From positions 11,285 through 75,284 of the forward strand of contig JAFXPH010000007.1 of the NCBI GenBank assembly GCA_017528085.1: 64,000 nucleotides of DNA, given 5' to 3'. This stretch comes from Clostridia bacterium. GTDB lineage: Bacteria > Bacillota > Clostridia > TANB77 > CAG-508. The position numbers and the translations under genes were made by a program. The notes below the pieces were generated by a model. The model was not told the origin of the DNA, ran no database searches, and saw nothing but the letters and a program-made list of their open reading frames with translations. This document shows positions 53,325-63,680 of the stretch, piece by piece; positions within the stretch are counted from its first letter, which is position 1, and each line of letters begins with the position of its first letter.

Positions 53325-55538
53325 ATGGCAAGTAAAAGAGCACAAAAAAAAGAAACTAAAAGAGAACAAAAAGGTGCATCAAAAGATACAAGCACAAAAC
53401 CTAAGAAACCTAGAAAACCCTCATATCAAGTTCAATTTGATCAAATAAGAGCTGCTTTGAAAAGTGGAGAGATTACATCTTTAGAAGAATTTAATGAAAG
53501 ATTAGATAAAATAGTACCATCTAAAGGATCACTTAAATTTGATGATAAGAAAAAAGAATTAGAAGAATACGCGAAACAGGTTTTAGGAATAAAAGAAGAA
53601 GAACAGGAAGCAGCACAAACTGAAGCTGCTCCAGAAGTTTCAACAGAATCAACTGAAGTAGTTCCAGATGTTTCAGAAGGACAAGCTGAAGCAGTTCCAG
53701 AAGAAACAGTAAAAAATGAGGCACCTGTAGAAGAAACAGCCGAAGAAACACTCGTAGAAGAGACTACAGAAAATCCAACACAAAACGCACCAGAAGAAGT
53801 TGTTGAAGAGAGCGCAGGTGAGCCTTCACCTGAGAAAGAAGAACCTAAACTAGATAAGTATGAAAGAAAAGTAAAAAATGCTGAAGAAGCTGCTAGAAAA
53901 GCAGAAGCAGACCTTAAAGCTGCACGAACAACGCTAAGCGATCTTGAAAGTGAAAGAAGCATTGAAGAAAGCAATATTAAAAGAATTAAGGAACAATTAG
54001 AAAAAGGTACTAGTGAAGGAAAAATAACACCGGAACAATTATTAGCACAAGCCAGAAAATACGACGAGATACGAAAAAAAGTAGAAGCTCAAATAAGAGT
54101 AGTAGGTAAATATGCAGAAATATTATCAAAAGCACAAAGATTAAGTTCAAGTATGGCTGCTTTTAGGGATACATATTCAACGATTAAAACTCAAAATGAA
54201 GCATTAAAAACTGAAACTGATGAAAAGAAAGATAATTTAACTGAAAGAGAAGGAAGAAAAGAATCAAGCTTTTTCCAAAAATTAAGACTTTCATCAAGTA
54301 GAAGTAAAATTGGTAGAATGACTTTAAAGGGAGCCTTAAAGAAAGATCTTACAGTCGCTCCACTTGTAAAAATATCATATGTTTATAGAAAATTAGGCTT
54401 AGATAAAAAAGCTAGCGAAATAGAAGCGAAAGCTGGAGAAAAAGCTGGAAAAATCAATGCAGCAGTAAGCAAAAAAATTGAAGAAGAATATGCCAAAAGA
54501 GGTGCTGTTGAAGATAAGGTAGATGTAATTAATTCTGTAGCAAGAAAGATAATGGATGACAGAAAAGATGTATTTACATCAAAGACTAGCACTTTGAAAG
54601 AGTGGAAAGAAAAATCTGTAAACGGAACTAGTCCTTTTAAAAAAGCTATTGCAGCAGTAGCAGCAGGTAGGGAGACAGCAGCACAACGTAGAGCATTAAG
54701 AAAAGTAAGTAGAGCAGTAGGAAGAGCAAAAAGAAACTTAGAAAGAAAAATTGCTAAGGGTGAAATGGAGAAACTTACTCCTGAACAATTAGAAGAAAAA
54801 TTAGCACACTATACAGAACAGGCTATAGACACTCATAGGATAAAATCTGATAACGGTTCCAAAGTATATAAATTTGTAGATGAGGGAAATCAAATAAGAG
54901 AAGTTCTAGAAGAAAGAAGAAAAACTGCTCGAGAAGATGCAAAAAAAGCTTTTGATGCTAAACAGCAAGAAATAGATGATCTTAATAAAAACGATGAAGA
55001 AAAAACAGAAGGTGCTTTGTTTGGAACAAAAAGAGCAATTCATAGTGCTCAAAAGGGTAGACAAAGAAGGCTAAACAATTTGCGTTCAAGATATGAAGGT
55101 AAAGGATTTATTAGGAGAACAGCAGCCAATATGGCGGCATTTTTGAGATTAGAAGGTAAAGCCCAAGAACATCTAGGAAAAGAAATTGATATTAAAAAAG
55201 AATATGTAAATGATAAAATGGGTAAAGTTGTACCTGGATCAAGGCTAGGACAAATAGCTTCAAAAGCAGGAGAAGATGCATTGAATGCACCACAAATAGT
55301 TAGTAAAGCTACAGCTGATTTTACAAGAGCAAAAGCTCAAGAAGCAAAAGACTTTGTTGAAAAGGTAAGAATGGATAGTGCTACTAAAGCATTTGATGCT
55401 TCTTACCAAAAAGGATTGGCACTTCACGAACAAGTTGAACAAGCACTTGGCAAAACTACACACGAAGAAGCACAGCATGTAGTTGAAAGTCAAGAACATA
55501 ATCAAAATACAAACGAAGGTGAAGAAATAGGCGGATAA
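53325..55538 (+). CDS. Large hypothetical protein with basic N-terminus, acidic E/A/P/T-rich low-complexity region and long coiled coils
   Basis: RBS taggaggc and a 737-aa ORF with no TM, signal peptide or enzymatic motif recognised. Confidence 0.5.
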   Translation: MASKRAQKKETKREQKGASKDTSTKPKKPRKPSYQVQFDQIRAALKSGEITSLEEFNERLDKIVPSKGSLKFDDKKKELEEYAKQVLGIKEEEQEAAQTEAAPEVSTESTEVVPDVSEGQAEAVPEETVKNEAPVEETAEETLVEETTENPTQNAPEEVVEESAGEPSPEKEEPKLDKYERKVKNAEEAARKAEADLKAARTTLSDLESERSIEESNIKRIKEQLEKGTSEGKITPEQLLAQARKYDEIRKKVEAQIRVVGKYAEILSKAQRLSSSMAAFRDTYSTIKTQNEALKTETDEKKDNLTEREGRKESSFFQKLRLSSSRSKIGRMTLKGALKKDLTVAPLVKISYVYRKLGLDKKASEIEAKAGEKAGKINAAVSKKIEEEYAKRGAVEDKVDVINSVARKIMDDRKDVFTSKTSTLKEWKEKSVNGTSPFKKAIAAVAAGRETAAQRRALRKVSRAVGRAKRNLERKIAKGEMEKLTPEQLEEKLAHYTEQAIDTHRIKSDNGSKVYKFVDEGNQIREVLEERRKTAREDAKKAFDAKQQEIDDLNKNDEEKTEGALFGTKRAIHSAQKGRQRRLNNLRSRYEGKGFIRRTAANMAAFLRLEGKAQEHLGKEIDIKKEYVNDKMGKVVPGSRLGQIASKAGEDALNAPQIVSKATADFTRAKAQEAKDFVEKVRMDSATKAFDASYQKGLALHEQVEQALGKTTHEEAQHVVESQEHNQNTNEGEEIGG

Positions 55539-55600
55539 TATAAAAAGACAATTTCTAAGATGAAATTGTTTTTTTTTTATTTCCATTGTATAATTAACAT

Positions 55601-56833
55601 ATGAAAGAAGAAAAATTAGTTGATGAATATTATAAGAAAAATGTTATTACAGTATTAAATTCGTATTCAAATAAGACAACGTATTTGTTTTATAGCATCG
55701 TGTATAAGAAAATAATAGAAAGATATGGAAAAGAGTTTGAAGATAAGGATTTAGTAAATAAATTAGTTAGAAATGGAAAAATATATACAGCTAGTATTAT
55801 ATCAAGTGGTGGGTTATTTGATGATAGAAATGGTAATATTCTAATTAATCAATATTTAAATAGACTAACTACATTTGTTTTTCACGAAATAGTTCATAAA
55901 ATTAGTTGGATTAAAAGTAATAAGAAGGGTAATAGATTAAATAGCGTTTCTAATGAAGGTGGAACTAATATAATAACTAATGAATCGTTAAAGACATTTG
56001 ATGGAAAGATGCTTTATTTTGGTAAATACCTTGCAAGACATCCAAATATAATTAATGACACATATTTATCATATGAATTATTTTTAAGTCAGTTAAATCA
56101 AATAATAGGAAACGATGCTTTACCAAAATCTATATTAAATGGAAATAATAGCTTTGACAAAAAATGTGAAAAATTCTTTGGTGAAGATAGATATAAACAA
56201 ATGATATCTACTATAATAGATATACATACAAAAAATAAAAAATATTGGATAGATTATAAAAATAAAAATCCAAAATTAAAAGAATCTGAAAAAGAATTAG
56301 GAAAACTAGTTGAGGATACTCAAAATCAAATATTATCTTATTCTTTTGATAAACTATCAGAAAAGGTAGAGAATAAGAAAGAGGCAGAATTATATTTATC
56401 TAAACTTTCAGATTTTTCTAGTTATCGTATAAGACTTTTAAATGGGAAGAAAACAGAAGATTCTTTTTTTGTAGAATACTTTAATAAAAAGAAAAAAGAG
56501 TTGGAAGAGAAAGTAGGAACATCTTTAGAAACAACTCACGACGATACAACTTGGGATAGTAAATATAAATTTGTCAACTTAAGTGTTGTTGAAGTACCTG
56601 AATCAGAAAAACGTGAAATTAGAGAAAAAGGATTTAGAGAACACAAATGGATTAAATTAAGAAGAATTCAATCATTATTTGGAATTGGTGATACTAGAGT
56701 AATAACTATAGATGGTCCATTATACAAGACTAGAACAGATTTTGAAAGAGTTCAAGGAGAGCTAATAAAAGAACTACAAGATAAATATAAAGCTAGAATT
56801 GAATCATCTAAAAAAGAAAAAGAAGATAGATAA
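55601..56833 (+). CDS. Hypothetical protein with a HExxH motif (possible zinc metallopeptidase)
   Basis: FVFHEIVHKISW is the only candidate catalytic motif. Terminators lie both upstream and downstream of the gene. Confidence 0.4.
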   Translation: MKEEKLVDEYYKKNVITVLNSYSNKTTYLFYSIVYKKIIERYGKEFEDKDLVNKLVRNGKIYTASIISSGGLFDDRNGNILINQYLNRLTTFVFHEIVHKISWIKSNKKGNRLNSVSNEGGTNIITNESLKTFDGKMLYFGKYLARHPNIINDTYLSYELFLSQLNQIIGNDALPKSILNGNNSFDKKCEKFFGEDRYKQMISTIIDIHTKNKKYWIDYKNKNPKLKESEKELGKLVEDTQNQILSYSFDKLSEKVENKKEAELYLSKLSDFSSYRIRLLNGKKTEDSFFVEYFNKKKKELEEKVGTSLETTHDDTTWDSKYKFVNLSVVEVPESEKREIREKGFREHKWIKLRRIQSLFGIGDTRVITIDGPLYKTRTDFERVQGELIKELQDKYKARIESSKKEKEDR

Positions 56834-56929
56834 AAATCTAAATACAAATTGTATTTAGATTTTTTATTTGCTTGATATTTACATAATTTGACAACTCGTA
56901 GTATAATATAATAAAGTTTTTATTAGTAG

Positions 56930-58492
56930 TTGGAGGAAGAGTTGAAAGAAAAGAATAGTCATATATTTAGAAAAATATTAAAACTATTTTCAAGTAGATT
57001 GTTTTTTACTGCAATAGGAATTATTTTGCAGATATTCTTAATCTATAAATTCACAAACAGTACTAAAGTAATATCTACAACTTTCTATTGGTCTAACTTA
57101 TTACTTGGAATCATAGAAACAGTAATAATTGTTAATAGTAAATCAAATAATGGTTATAAGATATCATGGATTATTCTAGTATTAGTCATGCCAGTATTTG
57201 GTGGTTTCTTCTATTTCTTATTTGCTGGTAATAGAGCAAGTAAGAAAGAAAAGAAGAAGATGATCAATATTAATATGCATCTAAATGAGTATGTAAAACA
57301 AGATAAGCAAATTATGAATAAGCTTAAAGAAGAAAACTATGATGCATATAGGCAAGCTAGATACATTCTAGATATATCTCAGGACCCAATATTCCAAAAT
57401 TCTTATTGTTCATATTATAAAAGTGGAGAAGCATTCTTTGAGGATTTAATAAAAGAATTAAAAAAAGCAGAGAAGTTTATTTTCCTTGAATATTTTATAA
57501 TTAAACCAGGTAAGATGTGGGATACTATTCTTAGTATATTAGAAGAAAAAGCAAGAGAAGGTGTAGATGTTAGAATAGTTTATGATGACTTTGGATGTAT
57601 CTCATCATTTGGATGGAACTATCCAAAGAAACTTGCAGAAAAGAATATTAAATGTATTGTATTTAATAGATTCGTTCCATTTATATCAGTCAGAATGAAC
57701 AACAGGGACCATAGAAAAATTACAGTTATTGATGGTAAGGTTGGATATACAGGTGGTATTAATATTGCTGATGAGTATATCAATGAGATTGAAAGATTTG
57801 GACACTGGAAAGATACAGCTATTAAACTAGAAGGTGATGCTGTATGGAACCTTACAAGCTTATTCTTATCAATTTGGGACTACCTAAATGATACTGTAGA
57901 ATATGATTATAGAAAATATAAATCAACAGCTAAAATAAAAAATAATTCATATGTATCTGCATATGGAACTATGCCAATTATTAATGAAACAATTGGTGAA
58001 AATATATACTTAAATTTAATTAATAGAGCTCACAAATATATTTACATTACAACACCTTACTTAGTTATTGATGATGAGCTTACAACAGCATTATGCAATG
58101 CTTCAAAATCTGGTATAGATGTTAAGATAATAACACCAGCTATACCAGATAAGAAATTAGTTAATTTATTAACAAAATCATATTATCCAGTACTTATGGA
58201 TGCTGGTATTAAGATATACGAATACACACCAGGTTTCATTCATGCAAAGACTATTTGCGTTGATGATAAATTTGCATCTATAGGAACAACAAATTTTGAT
58301 TATAGAAGTTTATATTTAAACTATGAGTGCGGTACATGGATATACAATGATAATGTTATTTATGATATTAGAAATGATTTTATAAGCACTGTAAAATTAT
58401 CAGAAGAAGTTAATAAGCAAACACTAAGGAAGATTTCAAGAGTTAAGAAATTATTTACATCAGTACTTAGATTTTTAGCACCTCTTGCATAG
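56930..58492 (+). CDS. cls: Cardiolipin synthase
   Basis: N-terminal TMs and two PLD HKD motifs (HRKITVIDG...GGINI and HAKTICVDD...GTTNFD). Confidence 0.9.
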   Translation: MEEELKEKNSHIFRKILKLFSSRLFFTAIGIILQIFLIYKFTNSTKVISTTFYWSNLLLGIIETVIIVNSKSNNGYKISWIILVLVMPVFGGFFYFLFAGNRASKKEKKKMININMHLNEYVKQDKQIMNKLKEENYDAYRQARYILDISQDPIFQNSYCSYYKSGEAFFEDLIKELKKAEKFIFLEYFIIKPGKMWDTILSILEEKAREGVDVRIVYDDFGCISSFGWNYPKKLAEKNIKCIVFNRFVPFISVRMNNRDHRKITVIDGKVGYTGGINIADEYINEIERFGHWKDTAIKLEGDAVWNLTSLFLSIWDYLNDTVEYDYRKYKSTAKIKNNSYVSAYGTMPIINETIGENIYLNLINRAHKYIYITTPYLVIDDELTTALCNASKSGIDVKIITPAIPDKKLVNLLTKSYYPVLMDAGIKIYEYTPGFIHAKTICVDDKFASIGTTNFDYRSLYLNYECGTWIYNDNVIYDIRNDFISTVKLSEEVNKQTLRKISRVKKLFTSVLRFLAPLA

Positions 58493-58586
58493 ATCAAAAA
58501 AATAATGTAGAATAAAAATGTTTTTAAGGTACATAATCGATATAATTATTGATTCTGTTAATATTTAAGGAGTAAGGTATTAAAAA

Positions 58587-58889
58587 ATGCTTATTGAAAG
58601 AGATATTAAAGAATTAGCAGATAAAAAAGAGTATGTAAAAGTGTTTAATTATTTTCATGATGAGTATACAGAGATGTTAAAGAATTTTTTAGAAAGACAC
58701 GAAGTAGAATTAAACGAAGATGATTGTTTAATAGACTACATAGTAAAAACAAGATTCTTTATGCCTCAATATACTGATTATACTAGAAGAATTACACAGA
58801 CTATGTATAATGAAAACATGCCTGAAGATGAAAGATATGCAGTACTGATGAATAGTTATAAAGAAATTAAAGATATTTTTTCAAAATAG
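58587..58889 (+). CDS. Hypothetical 100-aa protein
   Basis: ORF with RBS aaggag; no motif recognised. Confidence 0.4.
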   Translation: MLIERDIKELADKKEYVKVFNYFHDEYTEMLKNFLERHEVELNEDDCLIDYIVKTRFFMPQYTDYTRRITQTMYNENMPEDERYAVLMNSYKEIKDIFSK

Positions 58890-58900
58890 ATTGGAGAAAA

Positions 58901-59788
58901 ATGGATCAAGTTAAAAAATATTTGGCACATAGTGGCATGGTAAATATCGTTGTCGCTGAAACTACAGAACTAGTAGAAAATGTAAGAAAGCTTCACGATT
59001 TAACACCAACAACTACAGCTTTACTTGGAAGATTAGTAACAGTAGTTGGAATGATGGGCCTTACTGAAATAAAACAACCAGATGATGTAATAACAGTTCA
59101 AATGAATGGAAACGGACCTGTAGGAAATTGCATAAGTGTAGTTAGATTAGATGATACAGTTTCTAAAGTAAAAGCTTGTATAGGAAATCCACATGTAGAA
59201 CTTCCACTTAAAGAAAATGGAAAAATAGATGTGGGTGGAGCTTTAGGAAATGATGGTTTCTTAAATATAATTAAGAAAAACAGCGTATCTTATGAAAACT
59301 ACTCAGGACTAGTACCACTAGTTTCTGGAGAAATAGCAGAAGACTTTACAGAGTATTTTGCGAAATCAATGCAAAAACCAACAGCTATAAGTCTTGGAGT
59401 ATTAGTAAATAAAGATGGCGTTAAAAAGGCAGGAGGATTTTTACTAAACCTAATGCCAGATGCAACAGATGAGGTAATCACAAAAATAGAAAATGCAATT
59501 ACAAGTAGTCCATCAATTACTCAAATGTTAGAAGATGGATTAAATGTTCAAGAAATAGCTGAAAAAATCACTGGTGATGATAACTTAATGGTTCTAAATA
59601 AAGAATTATCAATTAAATATGAATGTGATTGCAATAAAGAAAAGTTCTATTCAGGAATCAGTTCATTAGGAAAAGAAGAAATAAAGAAAATTATAGAAGA
59701 AGACGAAAAAGCACATGTTAAATGCCAATTCTGCAATAAAGAATATGAATTTTCTAAAGAAGAATTATTAAAATTAATAGAAAAATAA
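58901..59788 (+). CDS. hslO: Redox-regulated chaperone Hsp33
   Basis: Hsp33 length and layout with the C-terminal zinc centre CDCNKEKF...CQFCNKEYEF. Confidence 0.9.
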   Translation: MDQVKKYLAHSGMVNIVVAETTELVENVRKLHDLTPTTTALLGRLVTVVGMMGLTEIKQPDDVITVQMNGNGPVGNCISVVRLDDTVSKVKACIGNPHVELPLKENGKIDVGGALGNDGFLNIIKKNSVSYENYSGLVPLVSGEIAEDFTEYFAKSMQKPTAISLGVLVNKDGVKKAGGFLLNLMPDATDEVITKIENAITSSPSITQMLEDGLNVQEIAEKITGDDNLMVLNKELSIKYECDCNKEKFYSGISSLGKEEIKKIIEEDEKAHVKCQFCNKEYEFSKEELLKLIEK

Positions 59789-59817
59789 AAGTCATGAGAA
59801 AATCTCATGACTTTTTT

Positions 59818-61377
59818 TTATATTGCAATAAAAAGCGCAAGTGAAAGTACTATGAATAGTGTCAGAACAATTGAATTAATCATATCAAGTACTTTGTTTT
59901 TTTCTCCAACTTTTCCAATTACTAATGCAAATGTAAGAAGTGTTGGAACTATGTATCTAAAATTCATAGTAAATGTAAAAGGAAAATCAAAGCAGAACTT
60001 TACATATGACAATACTTCAAGTGCAAATAAAAGTAAGAAGAAGTAAAGCCAGATGCTATTTGCTTTGTCCCTTTTAACTATTAAATAAACAAGATTTACC
60101 AGAAATAATATGCTAATTACAATAGAAATTTTAAATAGAAAATCTAAATACATTTCTACCGTTTCTGAATCTTCATAATCAATATATTCATCTACAACAA
60201 ATGATTTGAGTGTTGTAAAGAATATATTGTATTCAGCATGTTCTCTAGTCATGTTAACATTCTTGTCTTCAAAAGTTGCAGGTCCTATTGTAAAGAATCT
60301 TTCAAATGTAGAATACTTAGAGATATTAGCTTCGTTGTCAAGCTCTACAGATTGGACATATGTTGGTGGAATATGGAATTTAACCATATTTCTTATTGGG
60401 AACCATAGTCCAATAGGAAGAGCAATAATTGCAAAAATTATATAATTTATGATCAATTTCTTAATCATATCTTTGTTTTTAATTAATTTGTATAGGAATA
60501 CTACTGCAATAGGGATTGACACTAATGCAGCACTTATCTTAGTCATAATCGCAAGTGAAATAGTAAGTGCAACTAATATTAAGTCTTTTAATTTTTCTGA
60601 ATCATACCATTTTATTGTATAGTAAATAGCCATGGTTGAAAGACATACAGAAAGCATATCATTATTTAAACTACCTGACATAAAAACTATAGCAGGTGAA
60701 AATGCTATAAAGAACAATAAAAATGGAGCTGATTCTTTTATATCTAATTTCTTTAATATTTTATAAACATAGATATCAAATATTAATGCATAAATCATAG
60801 AAGCAAGTTGTACGACTTCTAAAGAAAGTCCATAATCATTTGTAAATGGATAAGTTATATTTACTATTCCAGCTGATATTAGATGAAATAGTGGTGGATT
60901 ATAAAAACACCAATATGCTTGAGGATCCATATCAGGAAGCTTTCCTTCAAAAACAATATAGCCAATGTATCCTAAATGCCCGCCATTTAAATATTGTATA
61001 AAATCTCTACCATCATGTTGTCTAACATTAAAAGGAGTATATAGATTGTAACCAAGGTATATGACAAATATCGTAAAGAAAAGTAGTACTTTTGTAAATG
61101 CCTTATCTGTTTCTTTATAGCTCATAAGAACTATTAGAGAGATAAAGTTAAAAATTGTATATATTGACATACCAGCTATAATGATTCCAAATTTTCCTTG
61201 AAGAATAAAAACTGCTGAAGTTGATACAATAAATAACACAAATAATATAAAGTATGGTTTGATATTTATTTTTTCTTTTTTATCTTTAAATAATAGTAAT
61301 GAGCATCCAAAAACTAAAGTAGCAAGTAAATTTATTATTATTGCATATGACTCATTTAAAACAACATTTGATTCCAT
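59818..61377 (-). CDS. Polytopic membrane glycosyltransferase (GT39/ArnT/PMT-like)
   Basis: I chose the ATG at 61377 (RBS aaaggag on the minus strand) over the listed GTG at 61398. It has about 12 TM helices and an early loop with RQHDGRDF, resembling family-39 and family-83 enzymes. The family call is pattern-level. Confidence 0.6.
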   Translation of the reverse strand: MESNVVLNESYAIIINLLATLVFGCSLLLFKDKKEKINIKPYFILFVLFIVSTSAVFILQGKFGIIIAGMSIYTIFNFISLIVLMSYKETDKAFTKVLLFFTIFVIYLGYNLYTPFNVRQHDGRDFIQYLNGGHLGYIGYIVFEGKLPDMDPQAYWCFYNPPLFHLISAGIVNITYPFTNDYGLSLEVVQLASMIYALIFDIYVYKILKKLDIKESAPFLLFFIAFSPAIVFMSGSLNNDMLSVCLSTMAIYYTIKWYDSEKLKDLILVALTISLAIMTKISAALVSIPIAVVFLYKLIKNKDMIKKLIINYIIFAIIALPIGLWFPIRNMVKFHIPPTYVQSVELDNEANISKYSTFERFFTIGPATFEDKNVNMTREHAEYNIFFTTLKSFVVDEYIDYEDSETVEMYLDFLFKISIVISILFLVNLVYLIVKRDKANSIWLYFFLLLFALEVLSYVKFCFDFPFTFTMNFRYIVPTLLTFALVIGKVGEKNKVLDMINSIVLTLFIVLSLALFIAI

Positions 61378-61518
61378 TTTATCTCCTTTAAAATACACAA
61401 TTATTATATTAGAAAAAAATTATAACTACAATAAAAATGTTTTAAAATAAAAATATTATATGATATAATATTTATGTGAATTTTTTACTTAAAGATAAGG
61501 TTTAGTTTAGAGGTACGA

Positions 61519-62727
61519 ATGAGTAAATTTGAAAGCGTTAAAATGGATGAACTAAATAGTAAGTGGAAAAATGCTATTAAACGACAAGACAAAATGTATG
61601 CTCCACTATATGGTCAAGTTGCTATGAGAAGTGAGTTTGCTAGAGACTACACAAGAATCATCAATTCAGATGCATATAAAAGATTAAAACATAAAACTCA
61701 AGTTTTCTTTGCACCTCAAAATGATCATATATGTACAAGAATTGAGCATGTTAATCTTGTAGAATCAATTAGCTACACAATAGCAAATTACTTAGGACTA
61801 AATACAGAACTTACAAAAGCTATAGCAACAGCTCATGATATAGGACATTCTCCATTTGGACATCAAGGAGAAAGAATTTTATCAGGATTATCTGAAAGAG
61901 AATTTGGAGAGAAGTTCTGGCATGAAAGAAATGGACTTAGATTTGTTGACAAAATAGAATTATTAAATGATTACGATGGAAGAAAAAGAAATCTAAATCT
62001 AACTTATGCTGTACGTGATGGTATTATTTCTCACTGTGGTGAGGTAGATGATAATGGCCTAAAGCCAAGAGATGAATATATAGATTTAGAGAAAGACTAT
62101 TTATATCCTAACCAATATAGCCCATATACATGGGAGGGATGCGTAGTAAAACTTGCAGATAAAATTTCATATATAGGACGTGATATTGAAGATGGAAAGA
62201 AGATGAAATTATTATCTGATAGAGATATTGACAAAATAGATAAAATGACTCAGCATGTTAAGATAAACAATACAAATATTATCAATTATTTGGTAGTTGA
62301 CGTATGTGAAAATAGTTCTATAGAAAACGGATTATGCTTCTCAACTGAGGCATTTGATACAATGACTAGCATTAAAAAATTTAACTATGAAAAAATCTAT
62401 AGAAATGAAAAGATAAATCCAACAGTTAGATATTTTAATGTACTTATGTCTGAGATTTTCTATACATTAAAGAAAGAATGGAATGGAAAGAGTACAATAT
62501 TTAACTTAAAGAGAATGAAAAGATATTATCCAACTCTTTCATATGAATTTGTTAATTGGCTTTCAGATTATATTGACACAGATGATAAAGATAAAGATAA
62601 ATATGCAAATAAAAATATTTATAATTTAGAAAATTTGGAAGATTATTGTAGAGCTATTATTGATTATATGTCAGGAATGACAGACAATTATATTGTTAGT
62701 GTTTATAATGAAATTGTAGCTTTTTAA
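61519..62727 (+). CDS. dGTPase-like HD-domain phosphohydrolase
   Basis: The N-terminus RSEFARDYTRIINSDAYKRLKHKTQVF and the motifs HVNLV...AHDIGHSPFGH are typical of the dGTP triphosphohydrolase family. Confidence 0.85.
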   Translation: MSKFESVKMDELNSKWKNAIKRQDKMYAPLYGQVAMRSEFARDYTRIINSDAYKRLKHKTQVFFAPQNDHICTRIEHVNLVESISYTIANYLGLNTELTKAIATAHDIGHSPFGHQGERILSGLSEREFGEKFWHERNGLRFVDKIELLNDYDGRKRNLNLTYAVRDGIISHCGEVDDNGLKPRDEYIDLEKDYLYPNQYSPYTWEGCVVKLADKISYIGRDIEDGKKMKLLSDRDIDKIDKMTQHVKINNTNIINYLVVDVCENSSIENGLCFSTEAFDTMTSIKKFNYEKIYRNEKINPTVRYFNVLMSEIFYTLKKEWNGKSTIFNLKRMKRYYPTLSYEFVNWLSDYIDTDDKDKDKYANKNIYNLENLEDYCRAIIDYMSGMTDNYIVSVYNEIVAF

Positions 62728-62740
62728 AGGAGATGTTTAA

Positions 62741-62986
62741 ATGGTATACGAATATACACCTCAAGGTGTTTGTTCAAGAAAATTTATAATTGAAGTTGAA
62801 GATGGCATTGTAAAAAATGTTGAAATAATAGGTGGATGTGAAGGAAATACACAAGGTGTTTGTAATCTTGCAAAAGATATGCCTGTAAAAGAAGTAATTA
62901 AAAGACTAAAAGGGATAGACTGTAAAGGAAGAGGAACTTCATGTCCAGATCAATTAGCTAAAGCACTAGAAGAGATAGATAAGTAG
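62741..62986 (+). CDS. TSCPD-domain small protein (TIGR03905-like)
   Basis: GGCEGNTQGV...GIDCKGRGTSCPDQLAKAL. Confidence 0.75.
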   Translation: MVYEYTPQGVCSRKFIIEVEDGIVKNVEIIGGCEGNTQGVCNLAKDMPVKEVIKRLKGIDCKGRGTSCPDQLAKALEEIDK

Positions 62987-62996
62987 GGGGAAATCA

Positions 62997-63638
62997 ATGG
63001 AAAACGTAAAAGTATTTTGTCATAGTTCAATCAAATTAAGTTATGAAGATGTATCTATTTATATAGATCCATATAAAATACCAGAGGAGTATCATGATGC
63101 TGATATTATTTTAATAACACATACACATTATGATCATTTTTCTGAAGAGGATATAGAGAAAGTAAGAAATGAAAATACTATTATAGTTGCTACTCTTGAT
63201 GCTAGAGATAAAATAAAAGAAATGGGATTTGCAGATCATAAAGTATTATTAGTAGAACCAAACAAGAAATATAAAGTAAATGAAGTTAGTTTTTCAACAA
63301 TACCAGCTTATAATGTGAATAAGGCATTTCATAAAAAAGAATATGGTTGGGTTGGATATGTAGTTACATTAGATGGAGTTAACTATTATATCGCTGGTGA
63401 TACTGATATAAATGATGAAAATAGAGCAGTTGATTGTGATATAGCTTTCTTACCAGTAGGTGGAACTTACACAATGAATGCAACTGAAGCTGCATCTTTA
63501 GCTAATGAAATAAAACCAAAAACAGTAATTCCAATTCACTATGGATTAGTAGTTGGATCTAAAGAAGATGTAGAAGAGTTTAGAAATATTTTAAATCCAA
63601 GTATAAAATGTATCGACATTATAGGCGGAGAAGAGTAA
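62997..63638 (+). CDS. MBL-fold metallo-hydrolase
   Basis: The HTHYDH (HxHxDH) motif and downstream GDT/H residues. Confidence 0.8.
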   Translation: MENVKVFCHSSIKLSYEDVSIYIDPYKIPEEYHDADIILITHTHYDHFSEEDIEKVRNENTIIVATLDARDKIKEMGFADHKVLLVEPNKKYKVNEVSFSTIPAYNVNKAFHKKEYGWVGYVVTLDGVNYYIAGDTDINDENRAVDCDIAFLPVGGTYTMNATEAASLANEIKPKTVIPIHYGLVVGSKEDVEEFRNILNPSIKCIDIIGGEE

Positions 63639-63680
63639 AAATAAACCACAGATTATTAATAATCTGTGGAATTTTTTTGC

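Noticed and set aside
53441-53974. 177-aa minus-strand ORF, with others at 53533..53751, 54383..54592 and 55260..55586
   Set aside because: They lie antisense to the E/A/K-rich 737-aa ORF, translate to serine/leucine-rich low complexity, and have no RBS.
59807-61450. + strand ORFs 59807..60046, 60206..60445 and 61259..61450
   Set aside because: They lie opposite the 12-TM glycosyltransferase gene or its promoter region and are short hydrophobic mirror frames.
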